32,691 bases of DNA, from contig CAZYFX010000006.1 of assembly GCA_964646725.1 (NCBI GenBank), positions 1-32,691 on the forward strand, read 5' to 3'. Position 1 is the first letter of the stretch; each line of letters opens with the position of its first letter. Below the pieces are notes generated by a model, which was given only the letters and a program-made list of their open reading frames with translations, had not been told where the DNA came from and searched no databases. Source of the stretch: an uncultured Oscillospiraceae bacterium (GTDB taxonomy: Bacteria; Bacillota; Clostridia; Oscillospirales; CAG-382). The translations under genes were made by a program, and so were the position numbers. Shown piece by piece: positions 27,498 to 32,691 of the stretch.

Positions 27498-28598
27498 TTA
27501 ATCCTTTCGGGACGGTTTGCCCGACATGAGGGGCGTGATATCCAGGCATTCGAAGCTTCCCGACGGCATGATATAGCTGTCCGTGCTCGAAAGAAAGGCT
27601 TCGTAAGCGTAAACGAACGGCATGTCCGGCTGAAGGAGCGGATAAGAGCGTCGTGCGACGTTCAGCTTTACCGACGGGCACAGCTTTTGGGTGCGAAGGA
27701 TCGAATCGAGCGATACGACATCCGCGCGAAGCAAACAAGTCTCGCCGCTTATGCGAAAGCTCGGATGGGTGGCGGCGTTTTTGTCCAAATCGTACCGACG
27801 GCGAAAGCGTTCGATGCGGACATGCTCCGTGCGGTTGCCGACGAATTCGAAAAAGCCGTTGTGCAGTTCCGCGTCGCGCACGTTCAAGCTTCCGACGGTG
27901 CAGTCCTCCAGATGGATCGCCGCCGTGTGCGCACAGCCGCATAGGTGCTCCAAAAGCATTTCGTCGAGAGATGCGCGAATGGCATAGATGAGGTATTGAC
28001 AGTCCTCGCCGTCCAAGCCGTAAAGTACGGTGTTTTTCAGCACCGATTCGGGGGAGATCTCCATGCACATACCACAGCCGCGTGCGGTAAGCGCACCGAT
28101 GCGCACCTTTTCCAACGTTCCGGCAACCAATATACCGGTGCTGACATCGTACTCCGTGCTGCATGCAAAAAGGGTACAGCGCTCGATGCGGATATCCTTT
28201 CCGCCCGCCAGAACAAAGCCGATACCGGTACCGATATCAAGTTTCATGTTTTCCAAAAGCAGGTGAGCGCCGTTGGAAAATTCAAAGGCACTTGTTCCGT
28301 CGGTTCGGCCGAGCAAGCGCCACAGACCGCCGCGAATGTGTAAGCTCCGCACACCGTCTTCGCCGTCCAGACCGCAAAATTCGATCTCGGCATGGGGATG
28401 TGCGTCGATAAACAGATCGGAACGTAAGCAAAGCCGTTTCCGAAGAATGAAGTTCCCGGCGGGCAGAGTCAACAGCGTGTTTTCTTTGTCGTCAAGCGCT
28501 TTTTGAAACGCCTCGGTGATGTCGAGAAGGCCGTCCTGCGGCTCGGCTTCGCAATAGCTGCGAATGCTTTTTCCGTATTCCGGAATTTGATTTTTCAT
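27498..28598 (-). CDS. Hypothetical right-handed beta-helix (pectin-lyase-like) protein
   Basis: Start reassigned to ATG 28598 (RBS GGAGA; ATGA overlap with the upstream stop). N-terminal DITEAFQKALD...LPAGNF...L.L.S cap and repeated short strands (IRIERC, VRIGAL, LNVRDA, VRIERF). Confidence 0.68.
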   Translation of the reverse strand: MKNQIPEYGKSIRSYCEAEPQDGLLDITEAFQKALDDKENTLLTLPAGNFILRKRLCLRSDLFIDAHPHAEIEFCGLDGEDGVRSLHIRGGLWRLLGRTDGTSAFEFSNGAHLLLENMKLDIGTGIGFVLAGGKDIRIERCTLFACSTEYDVSTGILVAGTLEKVRIGALTARGCGMCMEISPESVLKNTVLYGLDGEDCQYLIYAIRASLDEMLLEHLCGCAHTAAIHLEDCTVGSLNVRDAELHNGFFEFVGNRTEHVRIERFRRRYDLDKNAATHPSFRISGETCLLRADVVSLDSILRTQKLCPSVKLNVARRSYPLLQPDMPFVYAYEAFLSSTDSYIMPSGSFECLDITPLMSGKPSRKD

Positions 28599-29149
28599 GC
28601 TCTGTTCTCCGTTTCCGATATCTCTCGCCAAGCTTCAAACTCCTCGGCTGTCGGATAGTAAACAAATAGAAGATTTTTTTCGTCGGAACGGTCGATATAA
28701 CGTCCCGCCGCTTTTTGTGTGTCGGCTTTCGGCATGGCACCGATGCCGCGTCCGAATGCCTTGACAAACGCTTCCTTTTTGACCCACAGCGTCAAGAACA
28801 CATTGGCCCGTTCGTCGAGGACGGCCCGTTCGAGAAGTTTTTGTTCACCGTCCGTGAAAAAACGTCGCGCAATCGAGCTCATATGAACGGCGGTGCGTCC
28901 TCTTTTTTCGCAGTCTATCCCGAACGGCACTTCGTCCAAGGCGATGAACACCTCGTCGTTTGTGTGCGTCACGCCGACGTGCGGATAACCGTTCGGAAGA
29001 AACGGTTTGCCGTAAAGTGTGCGTCGAACGGAGCAGGGGAGAAAAGTGCTCCCCCGTTCTTTCGCATACCGCTCCAGAGAGGCAAGGATCATGCGATCGG
29101 TGTCCGCGCTTGTGTGGGAAGAAAGCTTATCGTAACGGTAGACCGTCAT
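28595..29149 (-). CDS. 4'-phosphopantetheinyl transferase, Sfp-like
   Basis: YGKP, GVTHT, FGIDCE, ARRFFT..E, FLTLWVKKEAFVKAFGRG. Confidence 0.88.
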   Translation of the reverse strand: MTVYRYDKLSSHTSADTDRMILASLERYAKERGSTFLPCSVRRTLYGKPFLPNGYPHVGVTHTNDEVFIALDEVPFGIDCEKRGRTAVHMSSIARRFFTDGEQKLLERAVLDERANVFLTLWVKKEAFVKAFGRGIGAMPKADTQKAAGRYIDRSDEKNLLFVYYPTAEEFEAWREISETENRA

Positions 29150-29151
29150 TC

Positions 29152-31695
29152 TTATTCGGATATTTCGTCGGTTTGGTCGGCGTCCGTACCGTCGGTCGCT
29201 TCGACCGCTTCGACTCCTTTTCCGTCCTCATTCGGCTCGTCGAGCGATTCCTGTTCCTCGCTCTTTTCGACAACGGTGAAGTTGGTGATCTGCACATCCT
29301 CGCCGGTGCGCATCACGCGAACGCCCGAGGCGGTACGTCCGATCACGGAGATTTCGTCCACATGAGTACGGATGATGGTACCGGTGTTGGTGATGAGCAT
29401 GACGTCATCGTCGTCGCTTACCAGCGCCACGCCGTTGAGAAGTCCCGTCTTTTCGGTCAGATTGTGGCACTTCATGCCCTTACCGCCGCGATTGTGGAGC
29501 GAAAATTCGGAAAGCTCGGTGCGTTTTCCGAGTCCGTTTTCGGTCACGGTGAGCACCTTGCGTTCGTCGTTCGGGTTGCAGGCAACCGCGCCGACCACGA
29601 AATCGCCCTCGGACAGGGTAATGGCTTTTACGCCGTGAGCACCGCGTCCCAACGGACGTGCGTCGTTTTCATCGAAGTAAACGGACAAGCCGTTGTGGGT
29701 GGCAAGCAGCATGTTACAGCTTCCGTCGGTCTTGAGGACGTACAGAAGCTCGTCCTCTGCATCGAGATTGATGGCAATGAGCCCCGCGCGGCGAATGTTT
29801 TTGTACAGTTCGAGCGAGGTGCGCTTGATGACGCCGTATTTGGTGACCATGGTTAAGTACAGGTTTTCCTCGGTCAACGATTCAAGCGGCACATAAGCCG
29901 TGATCTGTTCGCCGGGCGCAAGCTCCACCAGATTGACAAGGTTCGTTCCCTTGGAGGTACGCGAAGCTTCCGGCAGCTCGTAGGCTTTTTTGACAAACAC
30001 TTTGCCGAAATTGGAGAACATCATGATATAGTGGTGGCTGTTGGCGATAAAGACGTTCTGAACAAAGTCCTCTTCCTTGGTATTCATGGCGGTAATGCCC
30101 TTGCCGCCGCGCTTTTGGGCGGTGTAGGTATCGACCGGCATACGCTTGATATAGCCGTGATGCGAAATGGTGATCACGCAGTCCTTGCGCTCGATGAGAT
30201 CCTCCAAAACGATCTCGTTCGCCACGGCTTCGATGCGTGTGCGGCGCTCGTCACCGTAGCGCTTTTTGGTTTCCAGAAGCTCGTCGCGCAGAATGTCGTG
30301 AATTTTGTTGTCATCTGCCAATATTTCGGTCAGCTCCTCGATCTTGGCATGGAGTGCGTCCAATTCCTCAAGCAGCTTGTCGATTTCCAAGCCGGACAGA
30401 CGGCCGAGAGGCATTTGCACGATCTCGTTGGCTTGGATTTCGGTCAAATCGAAGCGTTCGATGAGCTTTGCTTTGACCTCGGGAATGCCGCCGGGGGTGA
30501 AGCGGATAATCTTGATGACCTCGTCGATGTTGTCGATGGCGATCTTCAAGCCCTCGACGATGTGCGCACGCGCCTTGGCCTTGTCCAAATCGTAGCGGAT
30601 GCGGCGCTCCACGACTTCCATCTGATGATTGATGTAATGACGAAGCACCTGCTTTAAGTTGAGCGTTTTCGGCTCACCGTTGACAAGAGCCAGCATATTG
30701 ACGGCAAAAGTGTCCTGAAGCTGGGTATATTTGAACAGCAGATTCAAAACGACATTGGGATTGGCCTCGCGCTTGACTTCAATGACGATACGCATACCGG
30801 CGCGTCCCGATTCGTCGCGAATGGCGGAAATGCCCTCGATGCGCTTGTCGTTGACTAAGTTTGCCATGTTTTCGATCAGCGTCGTTTTGTTGACCTGGTA
30901 GGGAATCTCGCTGACGATGATGGAAGTTCGGCCGTTCTTTTCCTCAAATTCGGTCTTGGCACGAACGTAGATTTTTCCGCGACCGGTCATGTACGCTTCG
31001 TAAATGCCGGAGGTTCCGTGAATGGTACCGTAGGTCGGGAAGTCCGGCCCCTTGATGAAATTCATGAGCTCCGGAATGTCGCAGTCGGGATGATACATCA
31101 AATGGATCACGCCGTCGATGACCTCGTTCATGTTGTGCGGCGGAATGTTGGTCGCCATTCCGACGGCGATACCGATCGAGCCGTTGACAAGCAGATTCGG
31201 AAAACGTGCGGGGAGCACGGTCGGCTCCTTTAATTTGTTGTCGAAGTTGGGAATGAAATCCACGACGTCCTTGTCAATATCGGCAAGCATCTCGTCCGCA
31301 AGACGAGCCATACGCGCTTCGGTGTAACGGTAAGCGGCAGGCGGGTCACCGTCGATGTTACCGAAGTTTCCGTGCCCCTCTACCAGCGGATAACGCATGG
31401 AAAAGGGTTGTGCCAAACGTACGAGTGCATCGTAGACCGAAGCGTCACCGTGCGGATGGTAGTGACCGAGCACGTTACCGACGGTGGTGGCGGATTTGCG
31501 GAAGGGCTGGTTGTAGGTAAGTCCGTCCTTGCTCATGGCAAAGAGAATACGGCGGTGGACAGGCTTTAAGCCGTCGCGCACGTCGGGCAGGGCGCGATCG
31601 ACGATAACGCTCATGGCGTAGTCGATAAACGAGCGTCGCACTTCTGTGGATATTTCCACCTGTGTAATACTGGGCGCCTTGGTGATTTCATCCAT
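29152..31695 (-). CDS. gyrA: DNA gyrase subunit A
   Basis: [29 protein letters not shown] (catalytic Tyr), MATNIPPHN, GyrA-box QKRGGKG, beta-pinwheel repeats, acidic tail; RBS GGAGG. Confidence 0.97.
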   Translation of the reverse strand: MDEITKAPSITQVEISTEVRRSFIDYAMSVIVDRALPDVRDGLKPVHRRILFAMSKDGLTYNQPFRKSATTVGNVLGHYHPHGDASVYDALVRLAQPFSMRYPLVEGHGNFGNIDGDPPAAYRYTEARMARLADEMLADIDKDVVDFIPNFDNKLKEPTVLPARFPNLLVNGSIGIAVGMATNIPPHNMNEVIDGVIHLMYHPDCDIPELMNFIKGPDFPTYGTIHGTSGIYEAYMTGRGKIYVRAKTEFEEKNGRTSIIVSEIPYQVNKTTLIENMANLVNDKRIEGISAIRDESGRAGMRIVIEVKREANPNVVLNLLFKYTQLQDTFAVNMLALVNGEPKTLNLKQVLRHYINHQMEVVERRIRYDLDKAKARAHIVEGLKIAIDNIDEVIKIIRFTPGGIPEVKAKLIERFDLTEIQANEIVQMPLGRLSGLEIDKLLEELDALHAKIEELTEILADDNKIHDILRDELLETKKRYGDERRTRIEAVANEIVLEDLIERKDCVITISHHGYIKRMPVDTYTAQKRGGKGITAMNTKEEDFVQNVFIANSHHYIMMFSNFGKVFVKKAYELPEASRTSKGTNLVNLVELAPGEQITAYVPLESLTEENLYLTMVTKYGVIKRTSLELYKNIRRAGLIAINLDAEDELLYVLKTDGSCNMLLATHNGLSVYFDENDARPLGRGAHGVKAITLSEGDFVVGAVACNPNDERKVLTVTENGLGKRTELSEFSLHNRGGKGMKCHNLTEKTGLLNGVALVSDDDDVMLITNTGTIIRTHVDEISVIGRTASGVRVMRTGEDVQITNFTVVEKSEEQESLDEPNEDGKGVEAVEATDGTDADQTDEISE

Positions 31696-31772
31696 GGTTG
31701 AGTTCCTCCGAAGTTATGTTAGAAGTCCGTGATCGTAACGGACGGTTGTGGTTTCGAACGGTTTCGCCGATT

Positions 31773-32690
31773 TTAACCCTCGGCGTCGGCCAAGGCTTCC
31801 AAACGGGCGTTGTTCTCGTCGATGAGTGCTTTCTGCTCTTTGGCGAGTGCTTCCTTTTCGGGCAGCATACGCTTGGCCTGGGAAAGCGAGGAGTGATAGA
31901 TGAGTGCCACGTCGAGCTGGCTGTCCTCGTAATAGGTATCGTCTTTCAGATTGTTGATGACGTCGGTGATGCGGGTGACGGTCTTGTCGTCCAACAGCGC
32001 CTGTGAATCGGATTCGATGCTCAGCTTGGTGCGGAAAACGCGGATGGCGAGCGCGGTTGCGTCGTCCCATATGCCATCGACCTTATCTTCGCGCAGATAG
32101 CCTATGAGTTCCAAACGTTTTTCGAGTGCAAGACAAGCGTCGCTGTATTCGCCGTATACGATGGTCTTGTAGTTTTCGTGGTTGAAAACGGGCAGATCGG
32201 TCGGAAATTCGGACAGACATTCCACGTTGTCCAAGATAAGATCGGGCACCAGCCCCTCACCGTTGTAGCTTTCGCCGTTGGCATCCAACACTTCATAGGT
32301 GGTGATGGTGATGTAGCTGCCCGAAACGAAGTTAAAGACGTTTTGACCGAGTGCCTTGCCGTAGGTGGTTTTTCCGACAAGCACGGCGTCGGCGTGATTG
32401 CGTAAGATGCTGGCCATCAGCTCGGCGGCGCTGGCGGTGTTTTCGTTGACCAGTACCGAAATGGACTTGAATTCCGCTTTCTGCGGATTGTCGGAAATGA
32501 CCGCCTCGGGCTGCTCCAGTGCGCGATTATTCATATAGTAGAGAACGTCGCCGCTTTCGGTGAACAGCTCGGCCATTTTCGTGGCAAGCTCCAGTGAGCC
32601 GCCGCCGTTGTCGCGCAGATCGATGATCAGTCGATCGGTGCCTTCGGCGCGGATATCGCTTATCATGGCGGCAAAATCGTCGGCCAGCGT
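31773..32690 (-). CDS. S41-family carboxy-terminal processing protease with a peptidoglycan-binding-like domain, 5' end outside the window
   Basis: Frame is open to the window edge. IIDLRDNGGG, NENTASAAE (Ser), GKTTYGK (Lys), GLVPD, then LEKRLELIGY..VDGIWDDATALAIRVF (PG_binding_1-like). Confidence 0.88.
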   Translation of the reverse strand, partial: TLADDFAAMISDIRAEGTDRLIIDLRDNGGGSLELATKMAELFTESGDVLYYMNNRALEQPEAVISDNPQKAEFKSISVLVNENTASAAELMASILRNHADAVLVGKTTYGKALGQNVFNFVSGSYITITTYEVLDANGESYNGEGLVPDLILDNVECLSEFPTDLPVFNHENYKTIVYGEYSDACLALEKRLELIGYLREDKVDGIWDDATALAIRVFRTKLSIESDSQALLDDKTVTRITDVINNLKDDTYYEDSQLDVALIYHSSLSQAKRMLPEKEALAKEQKALIDENNARLEALADAEG

Positions 32691-32691
32691 T

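Noticed and set aside
27271-28164. 297-aa alternative-frame minus ORF, suggesting a frameshift fusion
   Set aside because: Arg/His-rich nonsense-like composition; both overlapped genes are intact in their own frames.
28960-30657. 298-aa and 208-aa plus-strand ORFs
   Set aside because: Antisense to gyrA and the PPTase; no motifs.
31725-31743. GTCCGT/ACGGAC hairpin upstream of gyrA
   Set aside because: Only a 6-bp stem with no proper U-tract; too weak to call a terminator.
1-32691. CRISPR array, tRNA/rRNA, IS, integrase, prophage or defence genes
   Set aside because: Intergenic gaps are all about 150 bp or less, with no repeat-spacer pattern or cloverleaf, and no such protein motifs were seen. 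Judged by eye only.

Overview
Chromosomal backbone region of a Clostridia-type Firmicute (PolC, AddA, GyrA with a GyrA-box, sigmaA-type promoters, GGAG ribosome-binding sites; GC in the mid-50s by eye). It has 26 credible CDSs, most on the minus strand. On the plus strand are addA (5'-truncated), a stand-alone GH78 alpha-L-rhamnosidase and a divergent island of three small uncharacterised genes. On the minus strand, in transcription order, are an S41 protease (5'-truncated), gyrA, Sfp-type PPTase, beta-helix protein, RlmI-like methyltransferase, TIM-barrel epimerase, mltG, U32/TrhP, rseP, ispG, polC, RluA, PLP aminotransferase, trpS, tagO/wecA and a membrane-anchored unknown, followed by a second block of metallophosphoesterase, membrane protein, thiI, cinA and a methyltransferase. 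I saw no tRNA/rRNA, CRISPR array, transposase, integrase or prophage gene. Nothing here is demonstrably a new system. The best leads are (i) the three-gene island of small proteins at 9810-10906, possibly a sporulation module, with an internal RNA hairpin, (ii) the tightly coupled gyrA-PPTase-beta-helix-methyltransferase run with no carrier protein nearby, and (iii) a consensus promoter nested inside the addA terminator hairpin. All calls come from motif reading only; no database searches were run.
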